Shown: positions 20,616-29,837 of the stretch, piece by piece
How positions within the stretch are numbered: position 1 is the first letter of the stretch
Layout: every line of letters starts with the position of its first letter
IMG/VR virus record: IMGVR_UViG_3300018875_000003
Span: 32,001 to 96,000 of that record
Length of the DNA stretch: 64,000 bases
Reading direction: 5' to 3' (one strand)
Origin: a virus
Program-made: the position numbers and the translations under genes
Notes under the pieces: model-generated
Seen by the model: only the letters and a program-made list of their open reading frames with translations
Told to the model about the DNA's origin: nothing
The model's database searches: none

Positions 20616-20644
20616 GCTTTATTTGTAAGGTTTTTTTACGCACG

Positions 20645-20678
20645 AAAAAAGCAGCAGGTGTGCCGCCCGCTGCTTTTC
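20645..20678 (-). terminator. Intrinsic terminator
   Basis: GCAGCGGG/CCTGCTGC stem then T6 on the minus strand. Confidence 0.7.
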
Positions 20679-21095
20679 TAACAAGTGATGCTGTTGTGAG
20701 GTTGGAGATCTCAGGTGTCCTAGCTGAGTATATTTTATGCCAGTTGGCAATAAATATCAAGAACAAGTGTTCCTATTTTTGTGATTGTCTTTTTCACAGA
20801 AAAGGCTTCGAGAACGCGGCCAGCGTTATTGTGAACTTGGAGGAAACACAATATGCGTGAGGTGTGAGAAGGAACATACCTTTGAGAGGATATGATTTAG
20901 CTTTTTTCTCGAAGCCCTTTTCTCTGAAAAAGAATGGCGTATATGGTCACGTCCCGGATTACTTGTTTGAAGGAGGTGTCGTGGGCCATGCTAACCCACG
21001 ATGCAATCCAGGACGCGCATATACCAGTCAGCCAGTTTGAGGAGAGGCTGTCGTCATCTGCCCAGTCGTTCGAGTCTGTGGTATCGTTCGACTTG
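20645..21095 (-). ncRNA. Putative ~450-nt structured sRNA with anti-SD loops
   Basis: Promoter at 21101-21129, terminator at 20645-20678, long stems whose mismatches are G-U on the minus strand, no convincing ORF. Confidence 0.55.
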
Positions 21096-21100
21096 AGTTC

Positions 21101-21129
21101 ATTCTACACTAAAATGTAACGCGTTACAA
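21101..21129 (-). promoter_or_regulatory. SigA-type promoter overlapped by operator palindrome TGTAACGCGTTACA (21115-21128)
   Basis: TTGTAA-17-TAGAAT on the minus strand. Confidence 0.65.
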
Positions 21130-21136
21130 TACCAAA

Positions 21137-21322
21137 CTAGAATTTTCTTTTTCTCTTTTTACTTTTGTCTTCGTATCGCTGATCCTGGACGTATTTATCG
21201 TCTACAATGACCGCCTTGGCTGTCTGGAATACGTGAGGCGCTGTCATGGATACAATGACCAGCAGCATCGCTGCCAGAGCCCCTTTATTCCGGCGTGTAA
21301 TCCGGCGTTTGGTAAGTAGCAT
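21137..21322 (-). CDS. Small single-TM protein
   Basis: MLLTKRR..LAAMLLVIVSM; basic tail; GGAG RBS. Confidence 0.5.
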   Translation of the reverse strand: MLLTKRRITRRNKGALAAMLLVIVSMTAPHVFQTAKAVIVDDKYVQDQRYEDKSKKRKRKF

Positions 21323-22034
21323 ACATTTCCCTCCTTCTCCTGTTAGATGCGTGCCTGCGGGCTTCTGAGAGGTCGCAGGTGTACTCCATGTGGAACCGCT
21401 CTTCACTCATGCCGTAATTATCATCGCTGTATTCCTTTTTCGTTGGATGAGGAATAATGAAAGGCTGGACACATCCGTCTCCGAATGCTGGCTTGAGCTT
21501 ATTGTCCATGAATTTCTTAAACGCGTTATCCATCACGGTTGAATAGCTCGAAACCATGATGACTTGTGCATAGGTCATCAGCTGCTCCAGCCATCCAGAA
21601 TCAATAACAAAGCTGTCTGCGTCATCGAAGAGGACGAGATCGTTTTGGTATCCGTCTGGCCGGTGCGCCTGCGGATCTGTTGCGAATATAACGGTGCGCT
21701 GTCTGTGCCGCGGCCCGATCGTAATCAGTGTTGCACGGCTTCGGTAATATTCCACACCACGTTCGCGCAGCATGCGCTCAAACGCATTCTGGTGATAATG
21801 CAGCTGCTGGTTGAATCGGCAGAAGAACGTCACGTCCTTGCTGGATGCCAGCGCCTTCTCATACAGCGTATAGCTCTTCCCTGCTCCCCTGTGTGCGACA
21901 GCGGCGATATGCTCTGCTGTGGACTCATGGAACTGCTGCCACGCCTGGTCTCGATCAGATGCGTCCACGACGATAGTTTGGACGGTTTCCTTTACTGGAA
22001 CGATTCGATCCAAATATTCCTTTAACAGCTCCAT
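21285..22034 (-). CDS. Terminase-ATPase-like P-loop protein lacking a nuclease domain
   Basis: HRGAGKS Walker A, DLVLFDDAD Walker B, VSS motif, FHMEYTC. Confidence 0.6.
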   Translation of the reverse strand: MELLKEYLDRIVPVKETVQTIVVDASDRDQAWQQFHESTAEHIAAVAHRGAGKSYTLYEKALASSKDVTFFCRFNQQLHYHQNAFERMLRERGVEYYRSRATLITIGPRHRQRTVIFATDPQAHRPDGYQNDLVLFDDADSFVIDSGWLEQLMTYAQVIMVSSYSTVMDNAFKKFMDNKLKPAFGDGCVQPFIIPHPTKKEYSDDNYGMSEERFHMEYTCDLSEARRHASNRRRREMYATYQTPDYTPE

Positions 22035-22272
22035 GCGGCGTGACTCCCTTCGGCAGAATTTCCTCGAAGCGGGTGAAGGTCTCGCCTTCGTACTCTACTT
22101 CGTTGTGCCACTCCACCAGTGGTCGATGGTATTTCTGGTCTGGCTGATCCTCGTTGTAGTACCAGATCGACTTGCCGTCGTCGTGCCGGCTGGCATCGAT
22201 TCCGATGTCTGCGATCACGTAGATGCCGCCTTTATAATGCTGCCAGCGGCTTCCGATTTTTGGGGTACGCAT
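21955..22272 (-). CDS. DUF1653-like protein
   Basis: WQHYKGGIY..RPL..W..RF motif. Confidence 0.7.
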   Translation of the reverse strand: MRTPKIGSRWQHYKGGIYVIADIGIDASRHDDGKSIWYYNEDQPDQKYHRPLVEWHNEVEYEGETFTRFEEILPKGVTPHGAVKGIFGSNRSSKGNRPNYRRGRI

Positions 22273-22312
22273 AACCCATTGCCTCCTATTTGAGCCGAAG
22301 GCTCAAAGTTTT

Positions 22313-22489
22313 TTATGCTCCTAACTCCAGCGAGATATTGATGCGATCGATCGGTTGGTGCTTGATAACGTGCAGCTCGATGGCTTCTTCCCCGATATAC
22401 ATGACGATACGGTCGTTTTCTGACACGATCGATTCAATGTCGTCCATATGCGCGTCCAGCGCGTTGCGGATTCTGTCTGTGATATTCAT
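22313..22489 (-). CDS. Hypothetical 58-aa protein (not in ORF track)
   Basis: AAGGAG RBS; MNITDRIRNALDAHMDDIESIV... Confidence 0.6.
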   Translation of the reverse strand: MNITDRIRNALDAHMDDIESIVSENDRIVMYIGEEAIELHVIKHQPIDRINISLELGA

Positions 22490-22494
22490 TTTGT

Positions 22495-22878
22495 TTAATT
22501 CTCCTTAATGACATGCCATTCTTGCGAATGCAGGTCTCCGTCTGTGAGTCGGTATGGTCTCCACTCTTCATCGTCATGCGTTCTACCTACGACAGCGCCG
22601 AGCTCCATTTTGAGATAGACATCTGAACCATCTCTTCTGGTGACAACGTGTCCAGACTTCATCATCACGATTGCGATGCTCACGTCAAACTTATGGACAT
22701 ACTCGAAGTCCATGTATTCTGCTGGGACGAAGATGATGGGCTTTCCTGCCCCGTATCTGTCCCTCCATGCTTTCCCGATCTCTACGAGCAGTTCCACCTT
22801 GACGTCTTGTTCGACTTTGCAGATATGCACGCCGCCGATGTTTTGAACCTTATCCAGATACTGCTGTAACAGCTCCAT
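22495..22878 (-). CDS. Hypothetical protein
   Basis: 127 aa; GAGGT RBS; MELLQQY N-terminus. Confidence 0.7.
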   Translation of the reverse strand: MELLQQYLDKVQNIGGVHICKVEQDVKVELLVEIGKAWRDRYGAGKPIIFVPAEYMDFEYVHKFDVSIAIVMMKSGHVVTRRDGSDVYLKMELGAVVGRTHDDEEWRPYRLTDGDLHSQEWHVIKEN

Positions 22879-22885
22879 TTTCTCT

Positions 22886-23191
22886 TTACCTCTCTATTCT
22901 GTATAACTGCTCGTATAATTCTAACGGACGCAGTAGAACGGACTGGAATCTCTGCATGATTCTCCCCTTGTATACTTCCATACATTTTCCCGTGTGAAGC
23001 TCAAGGTCGTTGAAGCAGTAGACCAGCTTTTCTCCTGTAGTAGCTTTACTGCATCTGATCTCAAATCTGCCATTTTCACTCAACGCAACTTCGCCTGGCT
23101 GAATGTAGTGGATCGTATCCGCGAGGTGCATCGATCGCTTTTGCCTGTCGTATTCCCTATTTTTTTCTGAATAGGCCTTCATCAATTCCAT
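22886..23191 (-). CDS. Hypothetical protein
   Basis: 101 aa; coupled to upstream gene; MELMKAY N-terminus. Confidence 0.65.
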   Translation of the reverse strand: MELMKAYSEKNREYDRQKRSMHLADTIHYIQPGEVALSENGRFEIRCSKATTGEKLVYCFNDLELHTGKCMEVYKGRIMQRFQSVLLRPLELYEQLYRIER

Positions 23192-23556
23192 TAGGCACCT
23201 GCCCTCTTGATGGTGCGCGGCTTACGCTTGGCACGGCAGCTGCTACATTGTTCGTAAGGCCCATCGTTCGGTGTGCCGCAGGCTACGCATTTCCCTGCTT
23301 CCAGGCGGCGTCTACGCTTGTCTGCCTGGTAGTGCTTCATACAGAAGCCTTTCGACTTATGCGGCAGCCCGCAGCCTTCTACGGTGCATACGATGTATTC
23401 GTGTATCGGTCTTCCTGTGGAAGCCAGTGCAATGCTCGCATCGTTATGCCGCATGTATCGTCTGTAATGCTTCCAGCAGTATCCTCTGGCCACGACTCTC
23501 GAATCGCAGTCGTCCATCTTGCAGATCGGGTTGATTGCCGGCTTTTCCTTTTTCAT
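23191..23556 (-). CDS. Cys/His-rich zinc-binding basic protein
   Basis: Two C...GC..G.C.KHY repeats plus CxxC..CxxC. Confidence 0.65.
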   Translation of the reverse strand: MKKEKPAINPICKMDDCDSRVVARGYCWKHYRRYMRHNDASIALASTGRPIHEYIVCTVEGCGLPHKSKGFCMKHYQADKRRRRLEAGKCVACGTPNDGPYEQCSSCRAKRKPRTIKRAGA

Positions 23557-23720
23557 TTTTTTATTACATGAATCTTCTGAACCTGGGCGTAGTCTCCTTC
23601 AGTGTCGATGATCGTCGCTTCGATCAGAGCTGCCGATGGATACGCTTGGCCTGCCGGTACGCTGTCGATTTTCTTCCCGCCTGTTTTATATACGTCAATG
23701 ATGAATGCTTCTGCCAACAT
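23553..23720 (-). CDS. Hypothetical 55-aa protein (not in ORF track)
   Basis: AAGGA RBS; stop overlaps the next ATG. Confidence 0.55.
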   Translation of the reverse strand: MLAEAFIIDVYKTGGKKIDSVPAGQAYPSAALIEATIIDTEGDYAQVQKIHVIKK

Positions 23721-23764
23721 GATTGATCAATCCTTTATTTTTTATTTACTTCCGTATTCTCAGA

Positions 23765-23793
23765 TTGTAACGCGTTACAAAGTAGTTGACAAC
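23765..23793 (-). promoter_or_regulatory. SigA-type promoter containing a perfect operator palindrome (23766-23779)
   Basis: TTGTCA-17-TACAAT on the minus strand. Confidence 0.65.
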
Positions 23794-23961
23794 AAGTAAT
23801 TTTCCTATAGGGGGCATTTTCTACAAAAAAATTTTTCGGAGGGTACCTAGTTGTTTATTGTTGGTGAGTGGTAGCGTTCGGCGCCCCACCCCCTTCAATA
23901 GACAACACACATTTGGGTTGGCAGTGATCCCATCAAACTGCACAAACGAAAGGAGTCTATC

Positions 23962-24504
23962 ATGACTACACAAGCATTCAGCAAGAAAGGTCTTAACATT
24001 CTTCAAGGAGCAAGCATCCAAGGCGCACGCTTACTGGGTCAAACAGTACGTGGCATGGATAAGGTAGCTGCTGTGGTTGCCCCTGTATTGGGTACGGCAT
24101 GGAGCGTTATTAAGAAGGTAGGCATCGCTGTATACGATATGGTACGTGATGACATCGTTCAGTTGGCAGGCTTTGTACGTGAGCACAAATGGCAGACAGG
24201 TGTAACAGTAGCCTCTGCTGTGGTAGGTGGCATGGCTACCTCCACTATGGTAGGGGCTTCTATACTGGCTGCTATCCTGGCTATGACTACCATTGTCACT
24301 GTACACTACCTGATTGCGAAGCGTAAGAAGCAAGCTATGGACTGGCGTACAACCATTGCAGCAGCGCTTCTTTCTGGAGCATGGGCGTTTACTATTCCAT
24401 TCGCTGTATTCACCCTGCTTGCAACGCTTATCTTTGGTGCATTCTTCGTATTCAAAGGTATGCTGCTTGTATTCGTACAAGTAGCTGCCCTGTTCGTGAT
24501 CTAA
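23962..24504 (+). CDS. Multi-TM membrane protein, first gene of the plus-strand arm
   Basis: 180 aa; AAGGAG RBS; several hydrophobic segments. Confidence 0.75.
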   Translation: MTTQAFSKKGLNILQGASIQGARLLGQTVRGMDKVAAVVAPVLGTAWSVIKKVGIAVYDMVRDDIVQLAGFVREHKWQTGVTVASAVVGGMATSTMVGASILAAILAMTTIVTVHYLIAKRKKQAMDWRTTIAAALLSGAWAFTIPFAVFTLLATLIFGAFFVFKGMLLVFVQVAALFVI

Positions 24505-24862
24505 TAGGTCATGGACATGGCATGGCATAGGTATATAGGGAGTACACGATAACGGTGGATGATCCCCTCTATAGGCTATGCCCTCTATCTATGTCCTGCA
24601 TGGTGACATAGGTAGCAGTACTGTATCATGCTATGCCTTGTATGTGGGCATATGGGCGTGTAGGTGCGCTTACTCATATACACCCCCTGCATAGTACGTA
24701 TTGGTTAAGGGTCAGCCGCCCCCATACGTAGTGTGCAGGGGTTTTCTTTTATTTACTTATAGCTCCCTGTATAGGTGGCCTATATAGACCCCCTCTATAT
24801 GGCACCCCCTATATAGGGAGCTGTATGTAAGTACAGCAAATACACTACTGGAGGTTTTCTGT

Positions 24863-25036
24863 ATGACAAAGCAACTCTTATTAAGCAAAGGTGAACACCT
24901 GGGCTTCTGCCCAATGAAAGGCGATCTGTATTCGGTAGAATCGGGCCTTTCTATTTTCGGTAAGCCGCAATACCGCATTTATTCCCTGAAAGGAGATTCC
25001 ATCAGTGAACTCATCTCATTCCAAGTCATCCGCTAA
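24863..25036 (+). CDS. Hypothetical 57-aa protein upstream of RNAP (not in ORF track)
   Basis: GGAGG RBS; MTKQLLLSKGEHLGFCPMKGDLY... Confidence 0.6.
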   Translation: MTKQLLLSKGEHLGFCPMKGDLYSVESGLSIFGKPQYRIYSLKGDSISELISFQVIR

Positions 25037-25106
25037 TCTGTCGTCCCGTCTGTCGTCCGCCGCTCTGTCCAACCAAACTAAAACTAACCAAAAGGGGTTT
25101 TCCACA

Positions 25107-28100
25107 ATGACAACTACTAACAACAACAAACAAGCTCAAATCAACAAGCAACTGGCTCAAGTTAATCGTCTGTTCAACCAAGCTGTAAAAGGCAACAAAG
25201 TGAAAGCTGAAATGTCCGAACTCAAGTCTGCTTCTGTAATCCTCGATGCGATCGCTACATTCCCAGGACTGGGCGTGAAAACGAAGAACTATGAAGCGAT
25301 CACAGCAGCTATGGCAGAAGGACACAGCCTGCGCAGCATCATGCTTAATCCGGAGCTGACCGGCGTAGCGAAGAACCAATACCGTTACTTCCGTGCATTC
25401 ATGGATGCTAAAGGTGACGACATCCCTGAGATGGTTATGGCTCCGACTCGTAAACGTGTACGTACTGTATCGGTCGATCTGCTGAAGCACTCCCGCAACG
25501 AAGCTGGTGAAGTGGTGCTCAACGCGGAGGTTAACTTCCAATCTCAGTCTCAGCTGGCTGATGCGTTTGGCTCCCTTGCTGCCGACGACAAGAGCGATCT
25601 GTACTTGGATATGGCTCACGTTGTTTACATCGACCTCAACATCGCTGATCAAGAGAATCAGGAATTGAAAGACTTGCAGGTCGAGGTTGTACGCAACGGA
25701 TTCTACTACAGTGTGGATGGCGTTACACACAAAGCCAACTTCTTCATTCAGACAGCATCCCAGGCTCGTCAGCTGCAAGGTATCTACATTGCCGAAGACT
25801 TCATGACGATCCCGCAAGCATTCAAGAAGCTGGGTCATGACTTCCTCGCTTACTGCAAACTGAGCAAAGATGGCATCTATACACTTGACATCACGAAGTA
25901 TCTGAAACGTCCAGGTCTGTCTGGTACAAGCTCGGTATCTTCGAAAGCAATCACATTCCCGAATGCTCGTATCAGCAAGCTGGCTAATATGACTACTGGT
26001 GAATACCTGGTTGAATCCGATCGTCACACGATGGCGGTTATCGAGGATCGCTTTGCAAAGATCACCAATGGCACATTCAAAGCATTCTACAACAACCGTG
26101 TGGTAACTGTGTCTGCTGTTGATGGTGTATTCACCGCTCAATGGAAAGATGGCCGTCTGACTAAACAAGAAGTGCTGCCTATGAACTACCTGAAGCTGGG
26201 TGTAGGCGATGGCTTGGTTCTGGCATCCGAGTCGATCTACTGGGCACTCAAAGCCGAGCATGGCAATGACTCTGACGCATGGCAAGTACGTATCACCCCA
26301 TTCGTTAAAGGTCTGATGGTATTCGTCCCTGGCCTGCGCAAGTATTATGATGCAGACATCGTTGCATTCAAATCCGCTGTGAAAGGTGACTTCCGCCTGA
26401 TCGCTGACGAAGAAGGACGCTTGGACTTTAACATCGAGCTGCGTATTGCTCGCTTTGCTAAACGTCCAGGTAAGAAAGCGGAGTATGTAGAGCTGCCGTA
26501 TCAGTTCGCTCACGTATCCAGCATCACTGCAGAGCAAATGATCAATGTAGCTGCTCCACGTCTGGAGGAAGCAAGAAACGTACTGTCCAACCCTGCACTG
26601 ATCCAGAAGTATACTGGCGTGGCTCACCTCGAAGACCTGAGCAAGCTGACGACTGCGGAAGCTGAGTTTATGCGTGATCGTTCCCTTGTATCCGTATTTG
26701 CTAACTTCATGCACTATGCCCCATTCACGTATGAGGATGCTTACATGCAAACACGCGCTCTGCAACTGATGGGACAGCAAGTAGACAAATGGGTTGCTGG
26801 TACAATCCCTGTAGAAGGCGAGTATCGCTTCATGGTTCAGGATCCGTATGCTCTGCTGCAAGCTGTGGCTGACGAAGATGGTGATATGATTGTTCCCGCT
26901 TCCGTTGGTCTGCGTCCGCATCAAACATTCATGACTGCACGCGATAACAAACACTTTGTGACTGGACCGGTTGCTTCCTTCCGTAACCCAGCGATCGCTA
27001 AAGGTGAAGGCCGCGTACTGAAAGGTGCTGCTCCGGAGAACTATGTAACCGCATCTGCGAAAGGCGCATTCAACTCGGTCTGCATCATGAGCTGCCACGA
27101 TCTGGACACGTTCGCTGAAGGCGGCGCGGATAACGATGGTGACGAAACATTCGTAACGCAAGTGCCTGAGATCGTAAACAGCATCATGGGCAAAGATGGC
27201 GAATCCAAGTTCCTGGCTATGCTTGACCTGCATGTAGGCAAAGATGGTGAGTGGGCTTCCGGTTGCCCGTTCCCTATGGAATCCGATGAGAAGCTGACAT
27301 TCGGTGCAGCATGCGTGGATCACGATGGACAATTCAAAGTGAAGTTCACTGCTGATCAATACGATGATGCTTTCATCCAAGCTGTGCATGAGCTGAGTAA
27401 AGAGTATGTCATCCGCACGCTGAACCCGAACAAGATCGGACAGCAAACAAACATCGCTACACGTCTGGCGGATGCTGTGCGTAAGGTTGGCTATATGTAT
27501 GCTGAGGGTGTAGACGAGTTCGGTCAAGCTGTCGATCGTACCGAAGCAGAGAAACAAGATCTGCTGCATGAGATTGTACGCATGGAAGAAATGATCGATC
27601 TGGTTCGTCTGACACAAGGATGGGAGATTGACCGTGCGAAGCATGGCGGTGCATACGAAGAAGCACTGGCTGCCGAGCTTAACTTCATCAACAACCCACC
27701 GAAGTATGCTGGCTTCCAGGAGAATCCGAAAGCGAAACGCGTATGGATCAAGCAAGCATGGTTGTCTCACCACAAAGGCACTGAAGGTGGAATCGATACA
27801 GGTTCTGTAATGAGCCGCGTACACAACCACATGAAAGCATTCGTACAGGAGAATGTAATCGACAAGTCTGAGGAAATCAAGAACGATGTCGAGAACAACA
27901 ACATCATCCATGTACTGAGAAGCGAATATGCTATCGATGCTAACAAGTATGAGGCTTTGGCTGCTGTGATCCGCTCGATCCGTGCATCCTACACTGCCGA
28001 CCTGATGAATGCCCGCAATAAGAATGCAGAGTTCAACAAGCTGGCTGAAATCAAATACAACGGCAACGACCACGCTATTCGTATGGCGAAAGCTAAGATC

Positions 28101-28667
28101 GAACGTATCTATAGCGAAGATTGCGATGCGATCACATTCAAGCACCAGGCTGCACTCGCTGCACTGGAATTGTCTTACTCTGCTACAGATATCGGCTATG
28201 TATCCTATATGGTGACATATACGGAGCGTGGTAAAGATGGCAACCGCTCGATCAGCTTCCCTTGGGTTGTGGCTAAGAAACAATTCCTGGAGCTGTGCGC
28301 GAAGATTGCTAATCGCGAGATCGTGAAGAATCCTTATCTGGTTCCCGCTTCTGAAATCAAAGCAAACTTCCGTATTGCAGAAGATCCACGCAGCACAGAA
28401 GGCAAACACTATGATGGTATGAAGATGGCTGAGGTTATCAAGCAAGCTGGTTCAATCGAGGTTATGTATACGCTGAACGAGGTAACTGGTGTGTATGGTT
28501 ACGTGGCATTCGTGCCTGTAGGCAGCAGACTGGTATATGTCGGAGATTTCTATCAGGATCAGGTTGCATTCATGACCGGAGCTACCCACTTCGAACTGAA
28601 TGTATCCAATGCAGAAGCAAAAGGACAAGCCATGACCCTGACAGTCTCCAGCGTAGGTCGTAAATAA
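25107..28667 (+). CDS. YonO-like / eukaryotic-RdRP-like single-subunit RNA polymerase
   Basis: Catalytic GADNDGD; GDG.V.AS, WQVR..PFVKG, FRNP, IG..TN and EIDRAKHG motifs in RdRP/YonO order; ATG 25107 after AAAGGGG. Confidence 0.85.
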   Translation: MTTTNNNKQAQINKQLAQVNRLFNQAVKGNKVKAEMSELKSASVILDAIATFPGLGVKTKNYEAITAAMAEGHSLRSIMLNPELTGVAKNQYRYFRAFMDAKGDDIPEMVMAPTRKRVRTVSVDLLKHSRNEAGEVVLNAEVNFQSQSQLADAFGSLAADDKSDLYLDMAHVVYIDLNIADQENQELKDLQVEVVRNGFYYSVDGVTHKANFFIQTASQARQLQGIYIAEDFMTIPQAFKKLGHDFLAYCKLSKDGIYTLDITKYLKRPGLSGTSSVSSKAITFPNARISKLANMTTGEYLVESDRHTMAVIEDRFAKITNGTFKAFYNNRVVTVSAVDGVFTAQWKDGRLTKQEVLPMNYLKLGVGDGLVLASESIYWALKAEHGNDSDAWQVRITPFVKGLMVFVPGLRKYYDADIVAFKSAVKGDFRLIADEEGRLDFNIELRIARFAKRPGKKAEYVELPYQFAHVSSITAEQMINVAAPRLEEARNVLSNPALIQKYTGVAHLEDLSKLTTAEAEFMRDRSLVSVFANFMHYAPFTYEDAYMQTRALQLMGQQVDKWVAGTIPVEGEYRFMVQDPYALLQAVADEDGDMIVPASVGLRPHQTFMTARDNKHFVTGPVASFRNPAIAKGEGRVLKGAAPENYVTASAKGAFNSVCIMSCHDLDTFAEGGADNDGDETFVTQVPEIVNSIMGKDGESKFLAMLDLHVGKDGEWASGCPFPMESDEKLTFGAACVDHDGQFKVKFTADQYDDAFIQAVHELSKEYVIRTLNPNKIGQQTNIATRLADAVRKVGYMYAEGVDEFGQAVDRTEAEKQDLLHEIVRMEEMIDLVRLTQGWEIDRAKHGGAYEEALAAELNFINNPPKYAGFQENPKAKRVWIKQAWLSHHKGTEGGIDTGSVMSRVHNHMKAFVQENVIDKSEEIKNDVENNNIIHVLRSEYAIDANKYEALAAVIRSIRASYTADLMNARNKNAEFNKLAEIKYNGNDHAIRMAKAKIERIYSEDCDAITFKHQAALAALELSYSATDIGYVSYMVTYTERGKDGNRSISFPWVVAKKQFLELCAKIANREIVKNPYLVPASEIKANFRIAEDPRSTEGKHYDGMKMAEVIKQAGSIEVMYTLNEVTGVYGYVAFVPVGSRLVYVGDFYQDQVAFMTGATHFELNVSNAEAKGQAMTLTVSSVGRK

Positions 28668-28689
28668 CACGAAGCACTCATGAGATTTA

Positions 28690-29066
28690 CTGCAGTCGGT
28701 GTGTTCTCAGCACATCGACTGCACCCTTATTATAGCACACCCTTCGGGTAGGTGCTAATGCTATCGACAGACGCCTGCATGCTGCCCTGTGACGCCCTGC
28801 TCCTCTCGCATGACGAATCCTTCGACCGACAAGAAGGAAGCGGCAGACGAGACGACAGGCGGCTTATAGGACGCGTTCTTATGCAGCGGCTTATATATAG
28901 GCAAACTTACGGCAACTCAGCTCGACGGCTGAATCATACGATTATTGCGACCGGTGTGTGAGGGAGCTGCTTCGCACCACGATCGTTGCTGTTATTCGTA
29001 AGCTGAAATATAGCCTGTTTTCCTATATAGTCGATGGCATCATCACCTACCCGAAGGGTGTGCTAT
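28690..29066. ncRNA. Highly structured non-coding element downstream of RNAP
   Basis: Perfect 23-bp inverted repeat 28732-28754/29044-29066 enclosing nested stems. Confidence 0.5.
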
Positions 29067-29115
29067 TCCTGGGCGTATGCGTATTTTGCGTATGTTGCTA
29101 TATGTGTGTGATCGA

Positions 29116-29170
29116 TATCATATATCGTATTTCATACGTTGTATGCTCATTTCATATTTCGTATATCATA
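29116..29170. repeat. Heptad repeat array (TWTCRTA-like)
   Basis: tatcata tatcgta tttcata cgttgta tgctca tttcata tttcgta tatcata. Confidence 0.7.
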
Positions 29171-29277
29171 TGCTATCGAAAGAGGTGAACCCACATCCGA
29201 AAATTTCTTGCTACTTGAGTATGATTTCATATAGCCTATATAGGTATCTTATGATGAAATAGGATGCTGTAGACGAA

Positions 29278-29306
29278 GGTCGCTAACGCTCCTGTGGCTT
29301 TGTGAA
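29278..29306 (+). promoter_or_regulatory. Hairpin-GGCT element copy 1 (candidate phage RNAP promoter)
   Basis: ggtcgcTAACgctcc-tgt-GGCT-ttgTGAa. Confidence 0.55.
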
Positions 29307-29392
29307 TGTGTGTCTTATGAGTATGGCTATATGCTAATCGGACATACGCGAATGACGATAGATATACTATGACTATATAGGGAGATGTATAT

Positions 29393-29689
29393 ATGAGTTA
29401 TCCTGATTGGCAACCTAAGTTTGATTTCAATGACGATCTTGTTTGTATAGAGAGATACTTCGATAATGAGAATGTCGATGATCTGGCTCCATCTATAGAG
29501 ATGGTTGTTGGTAAAGGTATTACTCTAACGTTGATTCCTTCAGCTTTATTCCCTGCATATAGGGTGAACAATGCACAAGGTGAATGTATTGGTCATATTA
29601 GTCGTGAGACATCTCTTTATCTTGTTACTCTATATCCTCGTGCTATGAGTGATGGACAGATTAAGTATCTTCGTTCATTGCGTAAATAG
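29393..29689 (+). CDS. Hypothetical protein
   Basis: 98 aa; GGGAG RBS. Confidence 0.65.
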   Translation: MSYPDWQPKFDFNDDLVCIERYFDNENVDDLAPSIEMVVGKGITLTLIPSALFPAYRVNNAQGECIGHISRETSLYLVTLYPRAMSDGQIKYLRSLRK

Positions 29690-29837
29690 CATATATGATG
29701 ATGGCTATATAGGTTGTTTATGCTATATAGACTTTATATCGTTAGATATATGATTAATAGGATGGCGCTTTGCCTTTTTTTCTTTTGCCAATCCTTTGGA
29801 TCGGCGCTAAAACACTATGCAATGGGGGTTCCATCAC

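Noticed and set aside
20578-20766. 62-aa minus-strand ORF upstream of parM
   Set aside because: Crosses a terminator and the parM promoter; no RBS
20700-21060. Plus-strand CsrB-like GGA-loop sponge
   Set aside because: Promoter, terminator and G-U wobble polarity all favour the minus strand
21115-21128. Operator palindrome as a CcpA cre site
   Set aside because: cre has a central CG in TGWAANCGNTNWCA; these sites have a central GC/GT/AC, so a different regulator is more likely
25026-28445. 1139-aa antisense ORF over the RNAP gene (and similar long antisense ORFs over structural genes)
   Set aside because: Mirror-frame artefact of strong codon bias; no recognisable protein motifs
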